A stretch of DNA of 64,000 nucleotides, taken from positions 217,787-281,786 of the forward strand of contig JAXLUM010000005.1 in NCBI GenBank assembly GCA_046329515.1, in the 5' to 3' direction. Origin of the DNA: Chitinophagales bacterium (GTDB lineage: Bacteria > Bacteroidota > Bacteroidia > Chitinophagales > LD1). Below are positions 51,901 through 60,521 of this stretch, piece after piece; positions within the stretch are counted from its first letter, which is position 1; each line of letters begins with the position of its first letter. Position numbers and translations under genes: made by a program. A model generated the notes under the pieces. It searched no databases and had not been told where the DNA came from. It saw only the letters and a list, made by a program, of their open reading frames with translations.

Positions 51901-52001
51901 CGCTCGTCTTGCACGTTGCCGCTAATGCGTATTTTATCCTGCGCAAACAGGGCGGCGGTAATAAAAAGTAAAATGGCGCTTAGTAGAAGTCTTTGCTTCA
52001 T
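48954..52001 (-). CDS. TonB-dependent receptor (no adjacent SusD)
   Basis: Signal peptide, N-terminal carboxypeptidase-regulatory-like domain, plug RIEVVRGPASALYG...GVIHIITK, C-terminal barrel strand ending AQVTF. Confidence 0.92.
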   Translation of the reverse strand: MKQRLLLSAILLFITAALFAQDKIRISGNVQDERKQPLPGATVMVKGSNTGTTTDDAGNYTIEVPKEAKTLVISFVGYDNKEITINAALGNQVVNIDMAPAEVGLNQVVISASKKKEKLLDAPASVSVIGADKLEKNVVTTPVDQLKTSPGVDVMRTGLVSSNVVVRGFNNIFSGTVLNVVDNRIGSVPSLRVNAYQLMPTSNLDYERIEVVRGPASALYGPNASSGVIHIITKNPLEQKEKFETTIAMTSGFTVLDKSYQATEGHKLSGNIINPEIRHSGKLWDGKFGYKISGSYFQGRDYPVVDAREPYNGDSLLFGSVVNGKIFRPDTLGFSYVTDSLGHVDTLTNLDIKRFKKDYEIRKFTADGRIDIKPIEDITITINGGIAGARNIELTGLGAAAAGGSKGMWMYWYIQARFKWKNLYIQYFLNSSNAGNTFLIPQLSASSRNSYSSTSPPTPYQVQRLIDKSKLHVFQVQHSVQPLEQLGLIYGVDVLLTRPNTNGTINGRFEERDNVVQAGGYLQAESDPLKWLKLVAALRIDYNSIIKNVSFSPRAAVVFKPAVGHNIRLTYNRAFDAPNTLNQFLDLSNGLIPNGINVRGIGNPYGWEYNYGKDGGGNSVVQFKTAPWGGNGTWVNYGDKSYNAQMFDSLKGYLVNTFNASLNNMAAAQSVVNAIFNGVSGNGGTVASANQLSVDYANLAQTKDLAGSIQNVANFKNLRKINNSFTQTVELGYKGLLFNKLSIQVDGYWSRMSDYVSALSSASGAVMLDHNSYLGGYAGDRNAPGTIAGIDTSGRLYKNLFANGGALNNTLVPLLDGAASLQNASIVPSIPGTVWDEFVVLTYQFPMGTITPNDSALVNSDYILTYKNLGRLDVFGIDFGFQYNIVETDKHSINAGGSLSWVNKDQLKLSTGENVPLNAPKLKASVTFDHTLKKPGFGYGLTFRYAMGYDAASSIYSGTVKPAYLLDARVSYRPSFYKGLLLSINVNNVTNYQWQSFPGTAIMGTQFYARAQVTF

Positions 52002-52412
52002 ATCAGGGTTTTAGGTAAGTAAGTTGGTTTAGTAACTTGTATACTTCAAATGCCAATATAGAAATTTTACAAGGTCTATGAAATTGGGGGCAGGTACAGT
52101 GTGGATAATGCTGCCGCCATAAAAAAAGTTTCCTCCCCATTTAAGGGGAGGGCCTAAACCCATAAAAGCTTAGTTACAAAGCCCTTTTTTGAGAGTGAAA
52201 GTTGACAAAACTGCTTATTACCATTATATTCACCCTAGTTGTATGGACTGTGCGGTTTAGATGTTGTAACGCTTTTTTGATTCATCTAAATTATTTTTTT
52301 TAGTAAACGAAATATCGGAGCCCCACCACTTTCTCCCCCCGGAGTGTTTCGGCTTTTGGTATATAAAGGACAAACTAAATTTTCTTTATCGAACCAAAAT
52401 CTACCCAAGCAC

Positions 52413-53282
52413 ATGCGTCAATTAAAAATTTCGAAGAGCATCACTAACCGTGAGAGCGCTTCGCTGGAAAAGTATCTCCAGGAAATTGGAAAAGTTGATT
52501 TAATAACCGCTGAAGAGGAAGTACTGCTGGCCCGCAAAATAAGGCAAGGCAATACCGAAGCCCTCGAAAAACTAACCAAAGCCAACCTGCGCTTTGTGGT
52601 TTCAGTAGCCAAGCAATACCAAAACCAGGGCCTTAGCCTGCCCGACCTTATTAACGAAGGCAACCTGGGCCTTATTAAGGCGGCTGAGCGTTTTGATGAA
52701 ACCCGCGGTTTTAAATTTATATCGTACGCTGTGTGGTGGATTCGCCAAAGCATACTACAGGCATTAGCAGAACAAAGCCGTATAGTGCGCCTGCCATTAA
52801 ACAAGGTAGGAAGCCTTAATAAAATAAACCGCGCCTTTGCGCAGTTGGAACAGGAGTTTGAACGCGAGCCAAGCGCCGATGAACTTTCAGCCCTGTTGAA
52901 CCTTGACCTTGATGAGGTAAAAACAACTATGGGCGTTGCCGGCAGGCACGTATCTGTTGATGCGCCTTTTAGCGTTGGTGAGGAGAACAGCCTGTTAGAT
53001 GTGCTGGTTAACCCCGACGCTGAGCTGGCAGATAAGAATGTTTCGTATTGCGAATCATTGAAAATGGAAATTGAGCGCAGCCTTGCTACGCTTACCGACC
53101 GCCAGGCAGAAGTTGTTAGAATGTATTTTGGTATAGGTGTTGAAAGCGCCTATAGCCTTGAAGATATTGGCTGCAAGTTTGACCTTACCCGCGAACGTGT
53201 ACGCCAAATAAAGGATAAAGCATTGCTACGCTTAAAAACTACCAGCCGCAGCCGTATGCTGCGCGAGTATTTAGGCGTATAG
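52413..53282 (+). CDS. Sigma-70 factor, Bacteroidota RpoD/SigA type
   Basis: [57 protein letters not shown]. Cannot tell the primary sigma from a paralog. Confidence 0.92.
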   Translation: MRQLKISKSITNRESASLEKYLQEIGKVDLITAEEEVLLARKIRQGNTEALEKLTKANLRFVVSVAKQYQNQGLSLPDLINEGNLGLIKAAERFDETRGFKFISYAVWWIRQSILQALAEQSRIVRLPLNKVGSLNKINRAFAQLEQEFEREPSADELSALLNLDLDEVKTTMGVAGRHVSVDAPFSVGEENSLLDVLVNPDAELADKNVSYCESLKMEIERSLATLTDRQAEVVRMYFGIGVESAYSLEDIGCKFDLTRERVRQIKDKALLRLKTTSRSRMLREYLGV

Positions 53283-53311
53283 CATTCTACCCAGCGATTT
53301 ATTCTACCAAA

Positions 53312-53339
53312 GGGCTCGCCGTGCGAGCTCTTTTTTTTT
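53312..53339 (+). terminator. Intrinsic terminator after the sigma gene
   Basis: GGGCTCGC-cgt-GCGAGCTC followed by a T-run. Confidence 0.85.
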
Positions 53340-53377
53340 GTGCTCATGTCATTCCGCGCTTGGCGCGAAGTTCAAAT

Positions 53378-53528
53378 TACCTCCTCCGTCAATCCCGATT
53401 ACTATCGGGATTTCCTCGTCCTCCTGTCCCGAAGTATCGGGAGGAGGACAGTTTAAATACAAACCCTGCCACTAAAGTTTGTCCCCCTAGCAGGGGGACG
53501 AGCCTTACGAAGTTTGGCGGAGGGGGTA
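53378..53528. mobile_element. MITE-like composite palindrome, copy 3, inside a larger REP cluster (53348-53630)
   Basis: Left arm nearly identical to 41707 ff. Ends TACCTCCTCCG / CGGAGGGGGTA. Further hairpins at about 53540-53580 and 53610. Confidence 0.75.
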
Positions 53529-53731
53529 GTAGTTAAACGAGATGCTGAATCAATTCCGAAGTTTCGGAACAGCATGACGTCAGAGAAACTTCCGCCATTC
53601 CCTGCTTGTGCCGAAGGTTCGGGACGGACCTCAGTTGCGCTGAATTATTAACATGCGAAAAGAATGTAACAGCATTTTACTTAGAAGTAAATTTGAACGC
53701 ATAATAAAAAAGGATAATTTAGTTCTCAGTT

Positions 53732-55726
53732 ATGATAATTGAAGCTACCTTAGAAGATGTTGCCAATCAAGTAAGAAGACAAATTGAAAATGGCTGTAGT
53801 ACCGCTGTATTAATAGGTTCAGGCTGCTCCGCGTCAGCAGGAATTCCCACTTCTGATGGTATCGTGCAGGATATTGAAAATGATCCTGGGCTAAAGCGGT
53901 TTATAGAAAAATGCGATGTAAAGGACCTTCCTAATTACATGAGAAAACTTTCTCTTCACGATCGCAAGCTTTTAATGGAGAGATATATAAATCGTTCGAA
54001 GTTAAATTTAGCCCACATTTTTCTTGCATCATTAGTGCGCAATGGCTTTGTTGACTGTGTTTTGACAACCAATTTTGACAATCTGGCATTGAAAGCGCTT
54101 ACCACGTTAAACCAATTTCCTGCAGTTTATGATTTGGCTGCAACATCAGGGTATTTGAGCGGTTCTTTAACTTTTCCAGCAATAATTTATTTGCACGGAC
54201 AGCATACTGGTTGGAGATTAATGCTGACTGATCCTCAAATGCAATCATTAAAAGAAGCAATAACTAAAGCTTTAACTAAAATTTTAGAGAAACACACATT
54301 AATAATTGTTGGTTATAGCGGTAAGGATCCGGTGCTTGATGCCCTTGCAAGTATACCGGAGTTCGGCCATAAAGCTTATTGGGTCAATTATAAAGAAAGA
54401 CTTGAAGAACATGTTGAAAAAGCTTTGTTTAATGATTTCTCTGAAACGGTGGAAGTACTGTTTAACTATGATGCAGATAAATTTTTTGTAGAGCTCCACA
54501 GAAATTTGGAAGCAAAAGTCCCACTACTATTTACAGAACCTCTAGAGCACTTAAAAGAAACTTACGAGTTAGTGTCTAAGGCTCTAAAGTTAGGCGATGA
54601 GGAAATGGATTTAATGGGTGGAGCTAAAGAAACAATAGAACGAGCAAGAAACTTTCTCGAAGAAGAAAAATCTGCTCAATCTTTTCAGAGGGGCAACCCA
54701 ACACCTGAAGATTTAAAAGCAGCGGCCTTAGAGGCACTTTTGTCATGGAAAACACATAATCCGGATGATTTGTTTGATGCCATTAAAAAGAACGGCGATC
54801 AGACAGTGAAAGAACAACTGGCAATTGCTTTTGCTCAAAGAGCATTTGATAATACTGGAAAGATATCAATACAAGACGTTCTTAGGGATTATGATAAGGC
54901 AATTGAGTTAGCTCCAAACTATTCATTGGCTTATTTCAACAGAGGAATTATTTATTCCAATATAAAAATGCCGGAAATTGCGCTACAAGATTATAACCGG
55001 GCAATAGAACTGGGATTTACTTTGCCGGATGTTTATAATAACCGAGGAAGCGCACATTTTGAACTTGATGATTTTGAGAATGCAATGAAAGATTATCTAG
55101 AAGCTATAAGGCTCAAATCAGACTTCGCCTCTCCATATTACAATATAGCTAATATATATAAAACGCGTAAAGAGGATGAGGTTGCCTTAGAGTATTATAA
55201 CAAAGCATTGGAAGTTAATCCTGATTATTTCTTAGCATATATAGGTAGAGGGAAATACTATTTCGATAGCCAAAGGTTCGAAAAAGCGCTTCAAGATTTT
55301 ACAACTGCGATAAAATTAAAGCCTGCTAATGCGGAATATCATACTTTAAGAGGTTCAACTTACGTTGAACTTGGAAAGTATGACTTAGCCCTCAGGGAGT
55401 TCGATTATGCAATTAAGATTGATCCCCATTTTGTATTAGCTTTTAATAATCGCTCAAATTTGTTGCGTTTACAGAAACGGTGGGATGACGCCCTTTCCGA
55501 CATTAAATTTGCTCTTAACTTAGATCCCGAGTACTCTTATGCTTATGCTACGTTAGCAGAAATATATGCAATGCAAGGGAACAGTCAAGAATTCTACAAA
55601 AATATCCAAATAGCTTTGGAAAAAGGTTGTCCTGTATGGAATCTTCTGGAGGATGAAGCTTATACTAATTACAAAAACGAGTCAGAGTTTAAGGCTCTAC
55701 TGGAAAAATATAAGTCCAAGGAATAA
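53732..55726 (+). CDS. SIR2-like (SIR2_2) NADase domain fused to about 8 TPR repeats
   Basis: AVLIGSGCSASAGIPT, VLTTNFDNL, IIYLHGQ, IIVGYSGKD. Then 34-aa TPRs (AYFNRG...DYNRAIEL etc.) and a terminal helical cap. AT-richer than its neighbours. Confidence 0.9.
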   Translation: MIIEATLEDVANQVRRQIENGCSTAVLIGSGCSASAGIPTSDGIVQDIENDPGLKRFIEKCDVKDLPNYMRKLSLHDRKLLMERYINRSKLNLAHIFLASLVRNGFVDCVLTTNFDNLALKALTTLNQFPAVYDLAATSGYLSGSLTFPAIIYLHGQHTGWRLMLTDPQMQSLKEAITKALTKILEKHTLIIVGYSGKDPVLDALASIPEFGHKAYWVNYKERLEEHVEKALFNDFSETVEVLFNYDADKFFVELHRNLEAKVPLLFTEPLEHLKETYELVSKALKLGDEEMDLMGGAKETIERARNFLEEEKSAQSFQRGNPTPEDLKAAALEALLSWKTHNPDDLFDAIKKNGDQTVKEQLAIAFAQRAFDNTGKISIQDVLRDYDKAIELAPNYSLAYFNRGIIYSNIKMPEIALQDYNRAIELGFTLPDVYNNRGSAHFELDDFENAMKDYLEAIRLKSDFASPYYNIANIYKTRKEDEVALEYYNKALEVNPDYFLAYIGRGKYYFDSQRFEKALQDFTTAIKLKPANAEYHTLRGSTYVELGKYDLALREFDYAIKIDPHFVLAFNNRSNLLRLQKRWDDALSDIKFALNLDPEYSYAYATLAEIYAMQGNSQEFYKNIQIALEKGCPVWNLLEDEAYTNYKNESEFKALLEKYKSKE

Positions 55727-55805
55727 GTCTATACCGCCACAAATAAAAAAAGTGGAATACTGTAACTAAGGTTCCAATGTTCCACTTTATATAGTATATG
55801 AAGTA

Positions 55806-56750
55806 CTAATGCAATTCCTTTTCGCTTAACCAGCGTTCAGCTTCGAGGGCGGCCATGCAGCCGGTGCCGGCAGCAGTAACGGCCTGGCGGTAAACCCTGT
55901 CCTGTAAATCGCCGCTGGCAAATACACCTTCCACTTTTGTTTTGGTGCTGCCCGGTACGGTGACTACATAACCCTGTTCGTCGGTATCAATAAAATCCTT
56001 AAACACCATTGAGTTTGGCTGGTGGCCTATGGCTACAAAAAAGCCGTAGATAGGAACAACTGAGGTTTCACCTGTTTGGCTGTTCTTTATACGCACTCCT
56101 TCTACCCCATCGGCGCCCAGCACTTCTTCGGGTTGGGTGTTCCAATACACTTTTATGTTAGGGGTGTTCAGCACACGTTCCTGCATAATTTTAGAAGCAC
56201 GCATTTCGCCACGGCGTATAAGCATGTGCACCGTAGTGCATATTTTAGAAAGGTAAACCGCTTCTTCGCAAGCCGTATCGCCGGCGCCTACAATAGCTAC
56301 TTCTTTATTCTTGTAGAAGAAACCATCGCACACAGCACAGGCGCTAACACCACCCACTTTCAGGCGGTCTTCACCGGGTATGCCTAACCATTTGGCTTCG
56401 GCACCGGTAGCTAATATTACGGCATCGGCTTCAATCAGCTTCTCATCGTCAATCCATACCTTTTTGGGTTGAACCGAGAAATCAACCTTTGTAGCTCTTC
56501 CAAAACGGATATCGGTACCAAAGCGCTCAGCCTGCTTCTTAAAATCTTCCATCATTTCAGGGCCCAAAATGCCCTGTGGGTAGCCAGGGTAGTTCTCTAC
56601 CTCCGTAGTGTTTACCAACTGGCCGCCTTGCAGCGGGCCTGTATACATCATGGGCTTTAGGTTAGCACGTGCCGCATATATAGCAGCTGTGTAGCCCGCA
56701 GGGCCCGAACCAATAATCAAAACCTTAACTCTTTCAGCAATCGTACTCAT
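55806..56750 (-). CDS. trxB: Thioredoxin reductase
   Basis: GSGPAGYTAA, GGQL, CAVCDG, FVAIGHQPN, YRQAVTAAGTGC. Confidence 0.97.
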   Translation of the reverse strand: MSTIAERVKVLIIGSGPAGYTAAIYAARANLKPMMYTGPLQGGQLVNTTEVENYPGYPQGILGPEMMEDFKKQAERFGTDIRFGRATKVDFSVQPKKVWIDDEKLIEADAVILATGAEAKWLGIPGEDRLKVGGVSACAVCDGFFYKNKEVAIVGAGDTACEEAVYLSKICTTVHMLIRRGEMRASKIMQERVLNTPNIKVYWNTQPEEVLGADGVEGVRIKNSQTGETSVVPIYGFFVAIGHQPNSMVFKDFIDTDEQGYVVTVPGSTKTKVEGVFASGDLQDRVYRQAVTAAGTGCMAALEAERWLSEKELH

Positions 56751-56859
56751 ATTTAAAATCTTAGGGCAGCGAAATTATAAATGGCCGTCAATTAGACGGC
56801 TGAGAGAAATCAACATTACAAAATGCTAACAATTAAGGGCTAACAAAAGTTCAGCCCGC

Positions 56860-57867
56860 TTATTTGGGGATAATAATAGTGCCGTAACTACTGGCGTAGC
56901 CCGCCCATATACCCAAGCCGTTGCTGATGTTGCTCTTAATTTTTACAGGAGAAGAAAAGGGGCTATCGCCACCATCATTCTCCAGTGTATAGAAGAAGTC
57001 GTACGTCTTGTTATCAATATTGCCCCACTTAACGGTAACGGTATCGCCCTTCCAAAAGTAGCTATCGGTATTAATGTTGAAGTCAGCTCCTTTGCGCTGG
57101 CCGCGTTCCACCGGTAAACCAATGCTAAGGCCAACAAACAGCTTATCGTCGTACACTGAGCCGCCAATCGGGGTATAGAAAGGTTCATTGTTGCGCTTGG
57201 TCCAGTAGCGCACAAAGTTGCCGAAGGTATCGGGCACGCTGAAGTAGGCATACACCGCCACCATAGAATCAGCATACTGCGGGTTAGGGTGCGGCCTAGT
57301 AGTAAGCGAATCAATACCTATAACGGTTGTAATACTGGTGGAAGCGGTTACATGTATACTATCCTGCCCGTCGTTTAAAGGCGGCGACATAACATCGAGA
57401 TTATACGTTGTGCGTTCCTTACCCATAAAGCTGCAACTACCGGTGGTAAAGTAAGTGGCAATATCAGGCACGGTGTACACGCAAACGTTGGGTATCTGGG
57501 CGCTATCAATAGAGGTAAAGCCAAAAGCATTCAGTACTATCTCCTGCTGTTCAGGCGGCAGGTTAAGGTTTTGCAGGCATAGTTCCACCAATTCTGTTTG
57601 GGTGCCGTCGCTGGCGCTAACGTGCACGGTTGCGCCATGTACAAAGTAGCTGCCTATGTCGTTAATATTCACATTATCAAAAAACTTACTGCTTTTGGTA
57701 AGTATAACTACAGGGGGCACATCGTTTTCAATGGTTCCTTCTACCACTACCTGGCGTGCGCTATCGGGTATATTAATATCAATAACCTTGGTGCAGCTTG
57801 TAATAGTAGCCGTGGCTAACAGCAGCAGTAGTACCGGTATATTTCTGTATTTGCTCAGCACGTTCAT
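56860..57867 (-). CDS. DUF4249-family lipoprotein
   Basis: Lipobox ITSCTKVIDINIP, VVEGTI, C-terminal SNISNGLGIWAGY. Directly downstream of a TBDR. Confidence 0.85.
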   Translation of the reverse strand: MNVLSKYRNIPVLLLLLATATITSCTKVIDINIPDSARQVVVEGTIENDVPPVVILTKSSKFFDNVNINDIGSYFVHGATVHVSASDGTQTELVELCLQNLNLPPEQQEIVLNAFGFTSIDSAQIPNVCVYTVPDIATYFTTGSCSFMGKERTTYNLDVMSPPLNDGQDSIHVTASTSITTVIGIDSLTTRPHPNPQYADSMVAVYAYFSVPDTFGNFVRYWTKRNNEPFYTPIGGSVYDDKLFVGLSIGLPVERGQRKGADFNINTDSYFWKGDTVTVKWGNIDNKTYDFFYTLENDGGDSPFSSPVKIKSNISNGLGIWAGYASSYGTIIIPK

Positions 57868-57868
57868 A

Positions 57869-60253
57869 TTAAAATTTAAAATTCCAGGTTACAGAAGGTA
57901 ATATAGGGAACAGTGAGGCCTGCTTGGCTTTAAACTGGAAACCGCCATTGTTGCTTTCACCGGGGTCGCCCTTAGGGTCAATGTAAATAAAGTAAGGGTT
58001 CATGCGGTTGTACGCGTTGTAAATAGAAACAGAGATATCAGAATAGAAATCAACCTTGCGTTTCTTCTTAGGTATAATAACGTAAATGAAGCCGAGGTCT
58101 AAACGGTGGTATGGCGGCAGGCGGTACCAGTTTCTATCGCCATATACAAAGTGCGGTTGCCCTTCGTTAAGGAAGAAGGCCACAGGCAATGTAGTACGCT
58201 GGCCGGTTGCAAACACAAAGGTGGCCGATACCTTCCAGTGTTTATTAATCTCAAACATGTTCACGATGCTTAAATCGTGGCGGCGGTCGTATTTAGCCAA
58301 AAATGCTTTGCCATTATTAATATCAGGAAACTGTCTCCAGGTCCATGCAAGGGTGTAGCCTATCCAACCTGTCCAGCGGCCCTTGGCCTTCTTTACAAAG
58401 AACTCAGCGCCATAGGTCCAACCCTTACCATAGGTAAACAGGTCTTCAACATCCACCGTAATATTGCCTACAGCGCTTTCGCCGTATTCAATCTGGTTCC
58501 AAAGGTGTTTATAGTAGACCTCAACACTGGTTTCAATCATGTCATCCTTAAAGTTGCGGAAGTAACCCACTGAAGCCTGCAGACCTATTTGCGGTTTAAC
58601 GGCTTTGGTGCTTGGCACCCATAAGTCAACAGGTAGTGTAGTAGTGCTGCTGCTTACCAAGTGTATGTATTGCTGATTAAGCGTTACCCCTGCTTTAATG
58701 GAAGATGTTTTATCTACCTTAAAGCGCATAGCAAGGCGTGGTTCAAGCCCCCAGTACGTAGCAATATGCTGGCCCACTTTATAATTAAGGGTATCAATAG
58801 CGCGGCCATCCTGAAATACAATTTTGTTGAAGGGGCCCATGAAGTTGAACATAGAGCCACGCAGGCCAATGTTTATTTTCAGCCAATTGGTGGCTTCAAA
58901 ATCATCAAGGAAGTAAATAGCAGTTTCATGCGCATACTTCTTGGCCTGGTTAGTGGTTTTAAAGTCAACATCACCTGCTTTGCCGCTGGCTTGGTAAGGC
59001 GTAAATATGTGGAAGTTATACTGCCAGCCGAACTTCATGCGGTGGCCTAACAAAGGCGAGTAATCAAAATCCATTTTGCCGGTAAACTCTCTAACGCTTG
59101 AGTTCAAACCGAACTTTATATCCATAAAATCGGCATTGGCCTTAAAGCCAAAGTCGTTATAAATAAACATGGTGTTAAGGAACAGCTTATCGTTAAACAG
59201 GTGGTTCCAACGCATGGTGGCTGTTGCATTGCCCCAGGGGAAGTCTAACTTAAAGTTGCCACCGGGATCCTGAAACTTAAACACATCTCTACCGAAGTAG
59301 CCGCTTAAATACAGGCGGTCTTTATCATTAATGCGGTAGTTAATTTTCGCATTTATATCGTAGAAGTAATAGGAGTTGCCTGCAAACTGGCCATCGCCTA
59401 ATTTAGGTAAAATAGGTTTCAGCAAAAGGTCGATGTAGGTTCTGCGGGCGCTGATAATAAAGGAGCATTTATCCTTTTTAATGGGGCCCTGCACGGTAAG
59501 GCGGCTGGAGATTAAGCCAATGCCACCCTCCACATTCCATTTCTTCATGTTGCCCTCTTTCATCTGCACATCAACTACCGATGAAATCCTTCCGCCATAA
59601 TCAGCAGGCATACCGCCTTTAATAACGGTGGTGTTCTTTACGGCATCACTATTAAACACACTAAAGAAGCCAAACAGGTGGCCTGTGTTATACACCACGG
59701 CATCATCCAACAATACCAGGTTTTGGTCGGGTCCACCACCGCGCACATAAAAGCCGCTGTTACCCTCACCGGCGCCTTGTATGCCTGGTAGTAATTGTAT
59801 TGTTTTTAAAATATCCACTTCGCCAAAAAGCGCAGGCAGGGCCTTGGCCTGTTCCACCTGCAACTCCTGTTTGCCCATGTCCGTACTTTCCACGTTTTGG
59901 TCCTTACGGTCGGCAGTTACAACTACTTCTTTGGTTTCAACCGAGGTAGTGGCAAGGTCAATATTCAGGCGTATGTCTTTATTCAGTTCTACCTTCTCCT
60001 CCTTTGTGCCTAAGCCAACGTAGCTATAGCGTACGGTGTAATTACCCTGCGGCAGCGTTATAGAGTAAAAGCCGTAATCATTACTGGTAGTGCCGCGCCC
60101 TAATTCAACAATGTAAACAGCTGCGGCAAGCAGGCTTTCGCCGTTGGCTGCTTCTTTTACATAACCGCTAATAGTGTATTTGGGCTGTTGCGCCTGGCTA
60201 AAGGAATAGCTACATAGAAATAACAACAAAACGGCACTAAAAAATCTCTTCAT
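57869..60253 (-). CDS. TonB-dependent receptor
   Basis: GEVDILKTIQLLPG, VRGGGPDQNLVLLD, NTGHLFGFFSVFN, RLPPYHRLD, terminal WNFKF. Start placed at MKRFF. TATTTTTG box on the minus strand at 60284-60291. Confidence 0.93.
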   Translation of the reverse strand: MKRFFSAVLLLFLCSYSFSQAQQPKYTISGYVKEAANGESLLAAAVYIVELGRGTTSNDYGFYSITLPQGNYTVRYSYVGLGTKEEKVELNKDIRLNIDLATTSVETKEVVVTADRKDQNVESTDMGKQELQVEQAKALPALFGEVDILKTIQLLPGIQGAGEGNSGFYVRGGGPDQNLVLLDDAVVYNTGHLFGFFSVFNSDAVKNTTVIKGGMPADYGGRISSVVDVQMKEGNMKKWNVEGGIGLISSRLTVQGPIKKDKCSFIISARRTYIDLLLKPILPKLGDGQFAGNSYYFYDINAKINYRINDKDRLYLSGYFGRDVFKFQDPGGNFKLDFPWGNATATMRWNHLFNDKLFLNTMFIYNDFGFKANADFMDIKFGLNSSVREFTGKMDFDYSPLLGHRMKFGWQYNFHIFTPYQASGKAGDVDFKTTNQAKKYAHETAIYFLDDFEATNWLKINIGLRGSMFNFMGPFNKIVFQDGRAIDTLNYKVGQHIATYWGLEPRLAMRFKVDKTSSIKAGVTLNQQYIHLVSSSTTTLPVDLWVPSTKAVKPQIGLQASVGYFRNFKDDMIETSVEVYYKHLWNQIEYGESAVGNITVDVEDLFTYGKGWTYGAEFFVKKAKGRWTGWIGYTLAWTWRQFPDINNGKAFLAKYDRRHDLSIVNMFEINKHWKVSATFVFATGQRTTLPVAFFLNEGQPHFVYGDRNWYRLPPYHRLDLGFIYVIIPKKKRKVDFYSDISVSIYNAYNRMNPYFIYIDPKGDPGESNNGGFQFKAKQASLFPILPSVTWNFKF

Positions 60254-60521
60254 TGGCTGGCTGAGCTTACAAGTAACGGGCGGCAAAAATAGTAACTTAC
60301 AAAAGCAGGCAGGGCATTTTGTAATATAAATTATTACGCTTTATGCTATTCTACCAACGGTAGGTAAAAGCAGTAAAGTGAGGCGGTAAAACATGATTTA
60401 AAATTGGTGCATTATTTTTTTGTTAAACCCCAAAAACATATGTGTCAGGAATTTGTTAAATCAAGATATTCAGTAACTTCGGGAACTTTTCTAATTAAAA
60501 AACAACTTCACACCCCAAAAA

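Noticed and set aside
52002-52412. Cobalamin or other riboswitch upstream of the TBDR or the sigma gene
   Set aside because: ACTGT and CCCCC occur in the wrong order, and no B12-box, TPP or SAM core was found. Only a REP-type hairpin is present (CCTCCCC-atttaa-GGGGAGG, ~52132-52151).
6830-53630. CRISPR array
   Set aside because: The repeats are heterogeneous palindromes in scattered clusters, not identical direct repeats with regular unique spacers. No cas genes.
41578-53630. Autonomous IS or transposon
   Set aside because: No DDE, HUH/Y1, serine or tyrosine recombinase ORF is recognisable. The elements are non-coding.
3988-55726. Sir2-HerA defence system made from the DUF853 ATPase and the Sir2-TPR gene
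   Set aside because: The genes are about 48 kb apart. Sir2-HerA genes are adjacent, and this ATPase looks like the widespread YjgR/DUF853 type.
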